64,000 nt of DNA from positions 1 to 64,000 of the forward strand of contig CDROCS010000742.1 in assembly GCA_977020255.1 (NCBI GenBank), written 5' to 3'. Below the pieces are notes generated by a model, which worked only from the letters and a program-made list of their open reading frames with translations, searched no databases and had not been told where the DNA came from. Within the stretch, counting starts at the first letter, position 1. The number at the start of each line of letters is the position of its first letter. A program made the position numbers and the translations under genes. This stretch comes from Obrimoposthia wandeli. Lineage: Eukaryota. This document shows, piece by piece, positions 15,409-28,124 of this stretch.

Positions 15409-18400
15409 TGTATTCAGTAAAAAAAAGTTTTAGTTAAATTATTTAAATTGTTTTTTATTAAAATTTGAAATTTTAACAATTATATTTTACCTTTGATCTT
15501 TTTTAAAGTTTTATGTTTATCTTTCTTCACACGATGTCTACTGTTGGGTTATTTCACTTATTATGGAAGTCTGTCATGCGTGGGTTCTTAAGAGGTATGG
15601 AACTTGTGACTTATCAGAATCTGAGGGTCAGATGTTTTGTCAGCGAAAATGTTTGTCTTATAAAACACGAGATTGTACAGCTGAAGTTTACACAATTATG
15701 ACAAAAATATTGTTACATATTAAAATTATCAGAAAATTGCAAAAACTTAACTCATATCAATTTTATAAACATTTTGTAAAAGCATTTTGTAATAATCATA
15801 ATTTAGACCAAGTCCAAGAATTTTTTTACTAAAGATGATGCCTTGTTTATTAAAGGGGAAGCTGACATACAAAGGAAAACTGTCAAAAGCAAATATGAGA
15901 AGGCAATAGGTGTTGCTGTAAAGGTTGACAAGAAGCTCCTGTAAAGCTCTGTGTGGATCCTGGTGATTGCGCAATATGGACCTCCAAATATTTCTCACTG
16001 GCTAGCGTGCTCGAAAGCTGCAAAACGATGACAAACTTAGACACTGACTTTGATAATTTTCCTTATGTCGTTTTCGGTTCATTTGATTTTTCTGCTAAGT
16101 CTTTGCCTGTGTCTGGGATGGTGAGACAGTCTGCAGTGCCAGAGCAAATCGACATAGAGAGTAACGTCACTGCTATTCCAGATTGTGCACTTTGTTTAAC
16201 TTTGTTTAACTTTAGACTAATACATAACTCATAGATTTCCAGTAACCTTTTAAATACCCAACACATTTCTGTCAAATTCCTTTTTCAGATTTTCAATTTT
16301 AGTATATACCTTTTTACATTTTATTCACAGTAGTTGTTGAGGATGCATGCTTTGAATATATTTATCATCCAAATATATTAACGCTTCTTAATATTTTTGA
16401 GATTAGGTTTAAAATTGAAATTTCTGCTGTTGATTATTTAGATTTAAACAATTTGCTGCTAACGTTGAAAAATACTGAAAGTTGATGGTGGAGCATTTCT
16501 GGACAAGTTAATTTAGTTCCAACAAATTTCCTGTTTCATAGTCTTTCTAAAAGTCTAACAATTTAAATGAAATGTATAGCACAACTTTGAATTCGACGAT
16601 ACCCCATTTGCAATGTTCAATCTGTTAGAATGAAATTTAAAGGTACATTAAAATAACAAATACTTAAATAACTATCCTTAAAAATATAAAGCAAATAAAT
16701 AACAATTGCTTAACTTATGCATAAAGTTTATACTAAAATACTTATTAAAATGTTATGTAGTGACCCACAATGAAGAATTATAGTTTTAAAATATTTATTA
16801 ATTTTATGTAATATTCACTTTTTTACGAATAACTTTTTAAAGAAAGACCTTAGCTCAAAATCTGAACTACACATAAATAAGTAATGAAATATCTATTTAT
16901 TTCATTTATGCTCGAAAGATTTTCAACTTTCGTATTAAGAAAGATCCACAAAAATGTGATTTTTGCTAATTAAAACGTTAATTAATTAAACTTTAAAGAA
17001 GAATATCTAGACCTCTAAAAGTTGCACATAAATGAACAAAACATCATTTAAAAGCATAAATTACTTCCAATTGTAAAATGTATTGCTCATCAAGATCACA
17101 CCTTTGGGTAAAATATACTATAGTATAATAAGTACATAAAACTTTGCAATACTAACACGCAGACACACCTACTAACGGATTATCCGATGGAACCTTAGTG
17201 GGCAATAAATCAAATAAACTAATTCCAATTTAGATTATCTAATCTGAATCAAAAGCCCCGACAAGAAGACCCGGGCACTACATAGAAATTATAAGGATAT
17301 AAAAACCCTGTTTTTTGGAAACTAGGCATAATAAAAATTTACTAGAAATCGTGACGGACCTCATCCTACGATAAATACTACAGAACATTATTTTTATTCT
17401 ATCATTGTCGTCATATATTATTTTCTTATGTTAACGTGTTAAAATATTGAAATTTTTATTAGAGAACTCTCATAATTGTTGGCCCCTGGTCATTTGTATT
17501 ATTTACCAGTTTCGATGATCTTAATAAAGTAGTATACAAAATTTTGATTATTTTTTAATTAAACCCAACAAATCAATCATTAGAAACATGGGTTACCTTG
17601 ACAAGAATATAAACAATGGTATTAGCATATAATATTTTAATAACAATTTTCTATTTTTCACTTTTTTTTGGTTTCAAGTTTAAATATTAATGCTGCACTA
17701 ATAACGTAACATGGCATTTGAGACTAGAAATAAAGTTTCACAAGGCCCTACCTATTGATTTCATATTTTTTTAATCTAAATTTCCAATAACAAAAAACAG
17801 ATGTGTAATTGTATGAAATGAGTCCATTTTTCATGTTTTGCCTAAAAGTAGTATTATTCATGTTAAAAATAACTTGTTTGTTGCTGAGATCAAAATTTAG
17901 AGATGAAAAAAATATCAACTTTTACGATTGTATTGTATAAAATAAATACCCATACATAAACTCTGCCTGAAAACCACGGGATTGTGCTATTTGCAAGCCC
18001 TGACATATATAATGCTCGTTTAATGCTATTTGCATCTATATAATCCGTAAAAACATAAATTTGTTTAAACTTGATTATCTGTTGCACAAAATCTAACTTA
18101 ACACCTAATCTAAAGTACAACTGCAACAAAGGAGTGTACAACATAACGTTTTATTTCTCGAATGATGCATCATTAGTAGTTTTAGTGCTTTACTACCTAT
18201 AGGGCATTCCTTTCTAGGAGCTATCGACAGGTCATTCAACTTTCATATAAGGGATTTGGGATGAATAAATCCACCTCCAAAAATAAGAATAGCTACTACA
18301 ACTGAAGTCTACAGATGAGACCTCAGAAATAATAGTTTATACGTGAAGTCTTCTATAGGGAAAAATTGGGACAGATCCATCCGTAAATATTGTTCACGTC

Positions 18401-18781
18401 TATATATGAAAGATCAGTACTATTTATTGAATTCACACAATGTTCGTTCACAAACGATATCCCACCGCGGATTCCCTCACACAAGAGTTGGTACATTTAT
18501 GGATAATGTACCAACTCCACCTTGACGTAGCACTGACTTGAAGGTCAATGTAAAAGTAAATATCGGGGAGAAATAATTTAAGAAAATTTAACATAAAATA
18601 ATTACTACAAGAATACTTTAAATAATTTATATGAAAACTAGATTACTTTAAATAATTAGTAATATATTACTATTTAAGAAAATATTGACAATAAGAAAAT
18701 ATTCCAAACCCGGAATGCTGAAGAGATTTAGTGACTCCAGCCCATCGTCACTGATCTTCTTGATCCGGAAAGCAGTGAATA

Positions 18782-19529
18782 TGTTGGGTTAAATAATTAA
18801 TTTCATACATTAATTAATTTAAAAATTAATAAAAATTAATAAATATATTTAGTCAATTAAAATTGACATTAACTGAAGTGCCCACAGTCAGGGAGGTTTT
18901 ACTTGTCAGCCTCCGACGGGGTGGACGTCCCGTTTGGCCTTGCCAGGCTCGTCAGGATGGCGGCGAAAATAGTAGTTGACAAAAGAGATTGTTATCTATT
19001 TTTATCACAAAAATAATTACCGCCCAGCTCTCCAGACCTCCCAGCAGATTTGGTCTTCTCCATCATCCTCCTCAATCATCCTCTCGAACAGCGACAGATC
19101 TCTTCCATAGCGGCAACATTCTCGACGTGAATCGATCAATCCGAAATTACCCCAGTTGCTGCTTATCCTATGCCCTCAGCCAGTGCAATGATTTCCCGAG
19201 CCACTCTCGGGAAAGCGGAGCAAATCAGCTCGTTTCCTCTCTTACTTCTGTCCCTGCGAGGCCACGCGGACTGTTTGCATCCGACATTGACATTTGCCAC
19301 ATCGATTATAGACGACACATGCATGAGTGTGTGTATGTCTCTCCCTATTTGGATATAAATAGATTATTTGTCTGCAATGGCAGATGATTAAAAAAGAATT
19401 TACTGATTTTAGAGTTATTATCCTTTGACCAAACATTGATACAATTTGATTTTTCAGAACTATTAGAAATACAATCCCCAAACATTGATTCAATTTGATT
19501 TTTTGTCAGATACATTAAAGAATATAACA
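18782..19529. mobile_element. LTR-like element distantly related to the hammerhead-bearing LTRs at 45.9-50.7 kb and 63.3 kb
   Basis: Starts TGTTGGG and ends TATAACA. Same layout as the other copies (A-rich stretch, hammerhead on the minus strand, CA/TG-rich middle, duplicated 3' block). No TSD found; the left flank TGATCCGGA resembles TGACCCGGA before the 46-49 kb units. Confidence 0.6.
18909..18961 (-). ncRNA. Degenerate type I hammerhead ribozyme (G12->C, imperfect stem I)
   Basis: Minus strand: GCCAUC-CUGACGA-GCCU GGCA AGGC-CAAA-CGGG acguccac CCCG-UC/GGAGGC. Confidence 0.7.
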
Positions 19530-19629
19530 ATTTTATGCCTACGATTTTGGAACAATTCTAAAGAAAGTTCTATTAATATTACTAACGTAATAAAACGTTT
19601 TTTTTTGTGAAAAAAAAAAAACAAACGTC

Positions 19630-20600
19630 GTTTTACTCGAAATGTACTTAAAATTCAACGTCTTTTACTTGAAATATACTTAAATTCAAAGTTATTTTAC
19701 TTGAAATGTACTTAAATTTTCAATTTGTATTTTATTCAAAATGTACTTAAAATTCAATTCGTCTTTACTCAAATTGTACTTTATGTAAGTTGTGATTTTT
19801 TTGCTCACCAGTTCAATTTAAATATCAGTAATTCTGTATTTGCCAATTTGAATATCTTTAGTTCCGAATTTGAATATCTGTAGTTCCGAATTTACTAACT
19901 TGAATATCTTTAGTTCCGAATTTACTAATTTGAATATCTTTAGCTCCGAATTTGTTAATTTGAATATCTTTATCTCCGAATTTACTAATTTAAATATATA
20001 TAGCTCCGAATTTGAATATCTGTAGTTCCGAATTTACTAACTTGAATATATGAAGTTTCGAATTTTTCTGCAATAACTGAGATTTAATTTCTCTTTATAT
20101 ATCAGATTTACTCACCTCTCACTTCTCGCGGCCTCTGAAGATGGGAGATGGTGACTGCGTCTCGAAGTATCCCTATCTGTTCTTCACGAACTAATGGATT
20201 CTGAATGCTTTTCTGCAAACTAATAGATGCAGATTATTCTAGTCTGAGTGCTTCTTCACGAACTAATGGAGTCTGGGTGCTTCTTCGCGAACTAATGAAG
20301 TTTGAGTTCCGCGACTAAAAGGATCCCATTCTTCTTACTTAACTAAATCTCAACTTCCTTTTCGAAATCCACTCCCCCTCTAGATTTATCTTCCTCGGCT
20401 CCTTCTCACACTGTTCTACTCATTCCACACATATTACCTCACGACCTTTTCAATTTTAATTCAATATTTTATTATAAAATCAATGTATTTTTAATTTTCT
20501 TTTAAATTTATTTCTTCCTTTGAATTTAAGGTTAAATTTTTTAAATATAAATAATTATTTTATTTATCTTATTCAATTTTCCTTAATTTAACAATATAAT
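19630..20600 (-). mobile_element. Probable LTR fragment with ~30-bp internal tandem repeats
   Basis: TTTTACTTGAAATGTACTTAAATTCAA-type repeats (19630-19780) and TTTGAATATCTTTAGTTCCGAATTTACTAA-type repeats (19845-20065). The minus strand has AAGGTCGTG..TGTG, similar to the 5' part of solo LTRs A/B/C. Ends unresolved. Confidence 0.45.
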
Positions 20601-21488
20601 AAACTGACAAAAGTCCAGTAGTGCAGTGTTGTGATATTTTGAGAGTTGATGAGATGCAGTCAGTTGTTGTCTAAGTTTGACCAGATGGCATTTTATGTTA
20701 CAATTGCTCTGATAATAAAATAAAAAAATATGATTTAATGTACTATCAATGAGCAATAAATTAATTCGTAAATAAGTTTTAAGTAATCTAATGATCAGTT
20801 TTCAAATTATTAGATTTTGGTACAACATAAGTCAACAACAATCGTAAATTTGTAAGCTGTTTCTTTTTTAGTTATTACACTTGTGACTGAACTATATCAA
20901 CGTTCTACTAAATAAGCCACATGTGTGCAAATTACTGGTGACAATGTTAAAATTTCAGTTTCCCATTTGTTGTTAATTCAATTAGCCCTTCTTGCGAATT
21001 TATAGAATGTTCCGTATGGGTGTTAATAAATAGATGTAAAGCCCAATCAGGTATTTATATGGTTAGAATCAGAATACAGCTCCTCTAAAGGTAGGCAATA
21101 TAATGGTAAATCGCCCTCTCATTTGCCTACTTCACTCAAATTTGGGAATTGACTATAATCTCCACGAAAAATATTTTGTTTGTACAGCACTAAATTTAGT
21201 ACAAAACCTGCAAAAACGGTTTCTGATTTCATCAAATTCAAATCATCTTGTTGAAGAGAGATTTATATCATTACATTTAATAAACAAAAGATTGAAAAAT
21301 CGGTCACCGCCAGACTGTCATTCATTGGCACATACTCAGGACCAGGTCAAATTCGACATTATTCCTGAGCTCCATATGTGTAATTTCACTGTTTCTGATG
21401 ACGATTTCACTCAAAATCCCATCCCACTCCAGTCTTGTCTCACAAAGGTATTTCCAATGAGCACTCCATGAGAGAAACTTTCAATTAC

Positions 21489-21785
21489 CTGAATCCTCTC
21501 TAAAGATTGTACTACGACCATACTATTGATGTTGTCCGCTCTGTAGCTTACTGACTCAATCTTCAAACTGCTTTCACAAATCTCCTGAGAATCTCTGAGA
21601 CAAACGATGCTGTTCTGACTAACCACTGATCTGGTTACATTTCGGCATTGTCCACGATGAATGTTTGATACAAGCAAACTAGTTATTACTTCATCTATAA
21701 TGTTGTGAGTAGACCAAACATATGAAAATAGGTCGCGGTTGCGAATCACTCCAATCGACCCAAGATCGTCTAAACATTCAACACC
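21489..21785 (-). CDS. Unidentified 99-codon phase-0/phase-0 exon
   Basis: Acceptor CAATCATAG|GGT, donor CAG|GTAATT, open frame GVECLDDLGSIGVIRNRDLFSYVWSTHNII...SLERIQ. The homologous copy near 54.1-54.3 kb is deleted/frameshifted. Confidence 0.35.
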
Positions 21786-22006
21786 CTATGATTGAGATAG
21801 ACAACTAAATGAGTCCAGGGCAACCTTAACTAAGCCTTTGTACCCTCTGATAGTCTGATGGAATTGAGACAAACGCGTGAGTACGAAAGGCAGAAAATAC
21901 AAATAGAAATCTTGTTTTTATTGTATAGAAATATTATTCACTTCAAAAAAAAATGAAGTCTAAAAATTAAAATTGGAATCCATCAGTCAGATATGGCGAC
22001 AGCGAA

Positions 22007-22922
22007 TCATCGACGACCGTGGGGAGTGCATGAAGATGTACAAAGTGGACTACACGGAGTATTGCCATCAGCGTAGCAGCGACACCCTCCGCTTATGTCA
22101 CCGTGGCCCTGACAATAAGATGGACTAATCACAACACTGCAAGGCACAGCACTACACTCTGGCACAGAACCACACTGAATCACACTACACTACATAGAAC
22201 TACATCATTCTGCATATCACTACACCACACTGCATGACATAGCATCACACTCCACTGTCTCATACAGCACTACACTGCATCACACTGCGATAAACTACAG
22301 TACATCATACTGTAACTTACTACACAATTTCATGCATATACCCACTGACATTAGGGCCCCATCGCCGGATCTGCCGGCTCCAGCGCAGCTCCCTCTTGCA
22401 GTTGCTGCACTGGACGCAGTTGCACCCTTGAGTCTTTTTGATCAAATTGAAGCAGTTTGTGCAGCGCATCAACTCGCGGTTCTTGATCTGAGTCTGCGTG
22501 ATGCAGTCAGTTCAGCAAGGTTACAGGAAACCGAATGTGAATAGATTCTCACCGATCTCGTGATGGCATCCTTGCCTGCCTTGGTGTTGCCTATCGTTTG
22601 CAGGAAGGCAGCACAGTCTGAGTAGCCAGGATGGGATTCCATACAGCGCTGACACTGCTCTCGACCGCAGCTTGGACAGATGTATTTCTCTGGACAGGCA
22701 GACGTCAGGGCGCACTGATAGCCACAGTCGCCGCTACGACAGAAGAACTTATGCGGCTTCTTGAAGAAGGCTACCAGGTCTGCGTCCTTGCGGTACTTGG
22801 TAAGCTCAGCCCCAGTTAGCAGCTGGTTAATGACCGAGTCCAGGAGCAGCTGAGAGCAACCCCCACACGGACACATCCTTGGCACCTTGCTGGACAGTCG
22901 CGTGTGGTTGGTGCTACATTCT
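22007..22922 (-). CDS. RBCK1: RBCK1/HOIL-1-like RBR E3 ligase, last three exons (22553-22922, 22350-22493, 22007-22108), copy 1
   Basis: Spliced via GT-AG introns in frame: ECSTNH...CPCGGC...FFCRSGDCGYQC...CPSCGREQCQRCMESHPGYSDC...MRCTNCFNLIKKTQGCNCVQCSNCKRELRW...WGPN|GHGDISGGCRCYADGNTPCSPLC. The HOIL-1 tail is [28 protein letters not shown]. A RING2 Cys is changed to Arg, and the upstream RING1-like exon (~23180-23300) looks frameshifted. The symbol denotes family likeness, not proven orthology. Confidence 0.8.
22135..22325. repeat. Intronic CACAC/CACTAC-type low-complexity VNTR
   Basis: Degenerate pentamer repeats between the RING2 exon and the last exon. Confidence 0.85.
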
Positions 22923-25744
22923 CTGCGGTGTTCCAAATGAATACATTCGAAACTTTTTTTATTGTTCGCTGAATGCGTGTAAACGTTTTCTACACTTATT
23001 TTACAACAGTGGTTCCCATATCGGACGACTATAGGTTTCAGGGAGAGAGGTATGGATAATTTAGGGTGGCGTGATCATTCAACTGGTTCATTAGCAGCCT
23101 GGGTTATGTATAGTCGATGTCGGGGCTATATGGCAATCTTAAATAAAGATGTGCCAATGTAATGACAATTACTTCAATTCTCCAGCAGCAACATCAAGCG
23201 GCAAAGAGTATGCATGTCTCTCTCAATATAGTCATTTCTGTCGTAAACAAAGTCCAAGCATACCCACATATTTTTCATCAGCTGTCTATGTAAGACTGTT
23301 ACAACACACAGAAGATGGGTGGCTCAATTGTACTAAGGAAATGAAAGTTTGGAAAACACTGTTGTAGTAGATGAACATATCATTTCCAGCCAATATTCAC
23401 ATTCCAAGTCGAAATAGAATGATTTCGCGAATGACTACATCAGAAAAAACACACACAAGATTTTTGTAAAGCTAAGACAGGAAAAAGAAAATTGAGACAC
23501 ATAACTAAACACTTATGACAAAATGTCATAGTGGTGCGGATGCCATTCACATTCGAAATTTGTCAAAGGTAATTTCGAGTTGAGTGCCGGTTTGAGGACG
23601 TGTATCTTTGGAAGGTAAAGAGCGAGATTGGATGTTCATATGTTATCTTGTAGCTCTGCTTTTGCCGTAACTAAAAATACATGAGTAATGTGGAGATATT
23701 TACTTGTATTGTTTAAAACTTTTTTTAAAATAATGTATGGGGCTTCGAATTTTCGTAATTTCCTCATAGGAGAACAGTTTGATCTCTTATTTTGTTTACA
23801 TTTAAAATGTCTTGTAACGCTTATATGGACCTGTTTTTGCCTCACAAAGATATGGCGGTTTATTATGCATGATGAAAAAGGACAGCGGGATAATTAAATT
23901 TCGAACGGGGAAATGGCCGGGAAACGCGATGTGCTAATGTTCTATTTGGTCACAGGAAATTCACATGCGCAACCAAAAGAATACCATCTAAAATGCTCAA
24001 CCGACAAAAGGTAACAAACAAATTTATCAGCATAAATAAGGTTAAATAGTTACTTGACCCTTATTTAGCCACACTTCACATCTTAAAATGGTCTTAGTTA
24101 ATGCACTCAGATGAAATAGATGTTTAAAATGATATATGTTAGGGAAATTGCAACTCGGAGCAAATCCGCTCAATACAGCCAGAAATGGTTATTAAAGAGC
24201 GATTCCACCGATTCATTTGCTTGCTAAACAAGATCTGCGTACTCAAAATTGTATTTCTTATTCTTACGACCACATAATCCGATTGCTGACAATTTTTCAT
24301 TACCACTCGTCCAAAAATTTATTTTTGCTCCTTTCCAGCTTTTGAAGTGGAGTTCACTCTCACCTGCAAACCAAATGTCTCTCCTTGCAAAGTTTAAACA
24401 TCTGAGACGATTGGACGTCGTTCGAGCAAATAGGACACGAGATCTCTGACATTCTGCATAACAAAAGCACAAAATTACGATAAAGAGTTCAATTAATACG
24501 TACGTGTTTAATGACGTATAATCAAATTTATAAAAAATATCAAAAAACTGAATTTATTTAATTGTGAGAAAGCATTAGAACGAAAACATCAAATATACTT
24601 ACATTTGAAATAGCGGAAGAAAAACGATGGACCCAGATATTACAAAATTTGATAATCCGTTTTATAAAACTCCATATTTACATTTAGAGAAAATTTAGAG
24701 AAATTCAAGATTTTTGGATAAAAAAAACATTGCAAAATTATTTTGAAAATAATTTTTTCTATACATAATATACAACAAAAACAATTGTAAATTCGTTTTA
24801 CATGAATTTTAATCAATAAAAATTAAACATACTATATAAGAAACCCTAAACTTTAATTGAATCTGGAATATAATTAGTTTTCCCAAAACAGATTTTTATA
24901 TAAATGAATAAGATTAATTACAATATATTTTTTAAAAATATTAGGAATTTTAGGTAAATTTAAAATTTACGTATGTATTGTAATATGCAGAAATCATAAA
25001 TTAGACAGAAAGGTTAACCTTGTTATTTCGGGTTTTTTCAATTTTTATCTCCAGTTGAATTCTGAATTTTCTTCTTATACATTGATACTGCTTGTATTTA
25101 TCGCAATCTTGTGCTTCCATTTTACCATTTACTTGTTTACACTAAAATAAAGGCAGTTATAAGACCGTATGTGAGTTCAATAGATCCATTGTGATATAAA
25201 TACTCAAAAACATTTTATTTAATGTACCGAATAGACTGAAATATTATTACAATTTCACTTTCAGTACGTAGAATTTATTTTATCCAACAAAAAAAGGAAT
25301 TTTATTAAAAACATTAGAAAATTGAATAATACAATTTCTTGGTTAATAATATTTTCAATAATTGAATAACTAGAAAACAAAACATGAATTACACAACATG
25401 CAAGTTACTTTTTCATTTCTGAACCTAATTTAATTTTGAAATTACAAAGAATTCAATAATAACAACTGAAAAACTCTTCAAATGATTAATTAATTTCACA
25501 ATTTGACTACTTTATAAACTTTAAAGAGTTTCTAGTTTAAAAATCTGTAAAAATAGATAACAGAATAGAAAGAATGATCTATGGCTAATTTTGAATGCCT
25601 TACCTGAAATGAAGACTTGTAAAGAATATATCTCAGAATATGCATCAAGAGTATGGAAGTATGTTGTCATATACATTTATGGTTATTCGTACAAAGAGAG
25701 AAAATTCATAACTTATAAATAATTACATGAAACATTTTTGACAC

Positions 25745-25955
25745 AGTTGCATATGAATGTGTGGAGGAAATACAGATGCATATGAATGAGTGGAAAAAGA
25801 CACATGCATATTAATGTGTGGAGAGTGACACAGATGCATATGAATGTGTGGAGAACATAGATGCATATGCATGTGTGGAAGGTGACACAGATACATATGA
25901 ATGTGTGAGAGTGACATAGAAGCATATGAATGTGTGGAGAGTGACACAGATGCAT
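25745..25955. repeat. ~30-bp minisatellite GCATATGAATGTGTGGAGAGTGACACAGAT (about 7 copies)
   Basis: Direct tandem copies visible. Confidence 0.9.
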
Positions 25956-27192
25956 GGAGTTTTCTTATCTTATATATGAATCGTTCTGGGTGAATTAACG
26001 AGTAGGTGTAAAATTGTCTCCAAATACAAAACTGTTTCCAGAAGAAGGCTGCATAATAAAGGAAATTATTATACAAATACGTTTAAGTGTTTTTTGGAAT
26101 ATTGTTAAAATTTTCTGGCAATAAAACACATTTTAGAAAGTATTTTGGTAGCGCATTGATTTTAAATGGAAATAATTTTAAACTGATTGATTAAACTTAT
26201 CACAGATTAGACAAAAAAGAATATTTTTACAATATATATTAATAGCCTTGTCAATATTGATATCATTTTGAATGCCATTTCTGTTTACATAAAAACTTAT
26301 TCTTAACACCAACATTTGTGCTTTGCATGGCACATATAACATTAGAAAAATTCAAAAAAGATGGGATATATCTCAAGCTTGGATCGTTTGAAAACTCTCA
26401 ACGTCAACTTTCAAACAGCAATCTAAAGCTCCGATTTCAGATCATAAACCAGCAGCACTGCGATGTCATCATTGACATAAAATGGTCATATGACATTGCT
26501 TTCAACCGGCCAGCTGACAGTATTAAGATTGAAGACAAATGTTAAAGACTTAAATATGAGATTAAGTAAGCCACCCAAATTGGAACGTGTCTGTAGACAC
26601 GATCGTGGTGGTTGGCTTTGACAGATGGTACCCACTCAATAAATGTGTTAGGTATAAGAATTAGGAAATTAAAATAATTAGTCGATTAAATACTAAAATA
26701 AAAATCCTTGAAAGCAAGGTTGAAAATTAAATTAAATATTAAATTTAGATTCAAAATTAAAATTCAAAATTAAAATTAGTGGAAGTTAGGATAAAAATTA
26801 GGAGGACCACGAAGGTCGTGTATAGTGTAGGATATATAAGGTTAGAGTTAATTAACCAAAAGTGCAAAAAGCAAAAGGGAACAATTTGGAAATAAAGAAA
26901 ATTACGAACGTCAATCAAAGAAACGGTAAGCACATTTTCGTGCAGTAAGTTAATCGATTTATTTTAGCTCTTGATATATTTCAGCTGTCCAATAATGCTG
27001 ACTGACAGCCCATAATCCCGAAAAAACAGGAATTATTTCAGCTGTCAACATTACTGATTGACAGCCAGAGATTACAGAAATCGACTATAAAAGTCGCTAC
27101 CAAACCAATTACAGGGACACAACAGACAAAATAGAACCAGCAAAAAAGCCAGTAAGTCAAGTTGGTGAATTAAATTTAACTAAATTAATTTA

Positions 27193-27560
27193 GAATTGCC
27201 GAGAAAGTATAGATTTGAAAAGTCTAAAGTTAAAAAGTGTCTAAAGTAAAAGCCAAATTGCCGAGAAAGTTATCCCAAATTTGAAAAATCTAAAGTTGAA
27301 AAGTGTCTAAAGTAAAAGCCAAATTGCCGAGAAAGTTATCCCAAATTTGAAAAGTCTAAAGTTGAAAAGTGTCTAAAGTAAAAGCCAAATTGCCGAGAAA
27401 GTTATCCCAAATTTGAAAAGTCTAAAGTTGAAAAGTGTCTAAAGTAAAAGCCAAATTGCCGAGAAAGTTATCCCAAATTTGAAAAGTCTAAAGTTGAAAA
27501 GTGTCTAAAGTAAAAGCCAAATTGCCGAGAAAAGTATTCCAAATTTGAAAGGTCTAAAGA
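27193..27560. repeat. 66-bp tandem repeat (about 5.5 copies) inside LTR A
   Basis: TGCCGAGAAA recurs at 27259, 27325, 27391, 27457 and 27523. Confidence 0.95.
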
Positions 27561-27685
27561 TTGAATCAGTGTCCAAATTTGAAAAGCTCGAAAGAAGTTG
27601 CAGTTGATTGAAGACGATCGTATCCAGACTCACCAGTACTACAGGAATCTCGAGTAACATAGGTAAGAACACCGACTAGAGCATT

Positions 27686-28124
27686 CATTGCCCCTAGTTG
27701 GCAATTAGGATACATTCATTGCCCCTTGTTGGCAATTCGGAAATTGTAACATATTTTAAACACATTCATTGTCCGTAGCTGACAATTAGGATTTGCCTCT
27801 TTAACCAAATCATTGTCCCTAGTTGACAATTAGGATTGTCCATTTTATTCATTGTCCCCAGTTGACAATTAGAGTTGTACGAGTTTTTTGCCATAAGATT
27901 CATTGTCCCTAGCTGACAATTCGGTCCACTCATTGTCCCTAGTTGACAATTCGGAACAAACACTCATTGTCCCCTAGTTGGCAATTAATTCAGTACACTC
28001 ATTGTCCCTAGTTGACAATTCGAACAAACACCATTGTCCTAGTTGACAATTCGAAGCAAGTTTTCATTGTCATCGTTGACAATTAGGTTTTTAGGAGAAT
28101 CATTGCCCACAGTGGACAATTCGT
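27686..28124. repeat. Array of 12 palindromic cores (CATTGTC-cctagtt-GACAATT) with variable spacers inside LTR A
   Basis: Cores at 27686, 27717, 27767, 27811, 27850, 27901, 27931, 27965, 28000, 28032, 28065 and 28101. Confidence 0.92.

Larger units (their letters stand above)
21540..26150. repeat. Segmental duplication copy 1 (copy 2 at ~54080-57260, same orientation)
   Basis: Colinear similarity with indels across exons, introns and flanks; near-identical in the RBR exons. Confidence 0.9.

Noticed and set aside
15513-16275. Several 60-93 aa ORFs
   Set aside because: No recognisable motif or consistent exon chain.
27686-28124. CRISPR array
   Set aside because: Eukaryotic LTR context, no cas genes, and spacers too short, irregular (about 8-30 bp) and partly related to each other.
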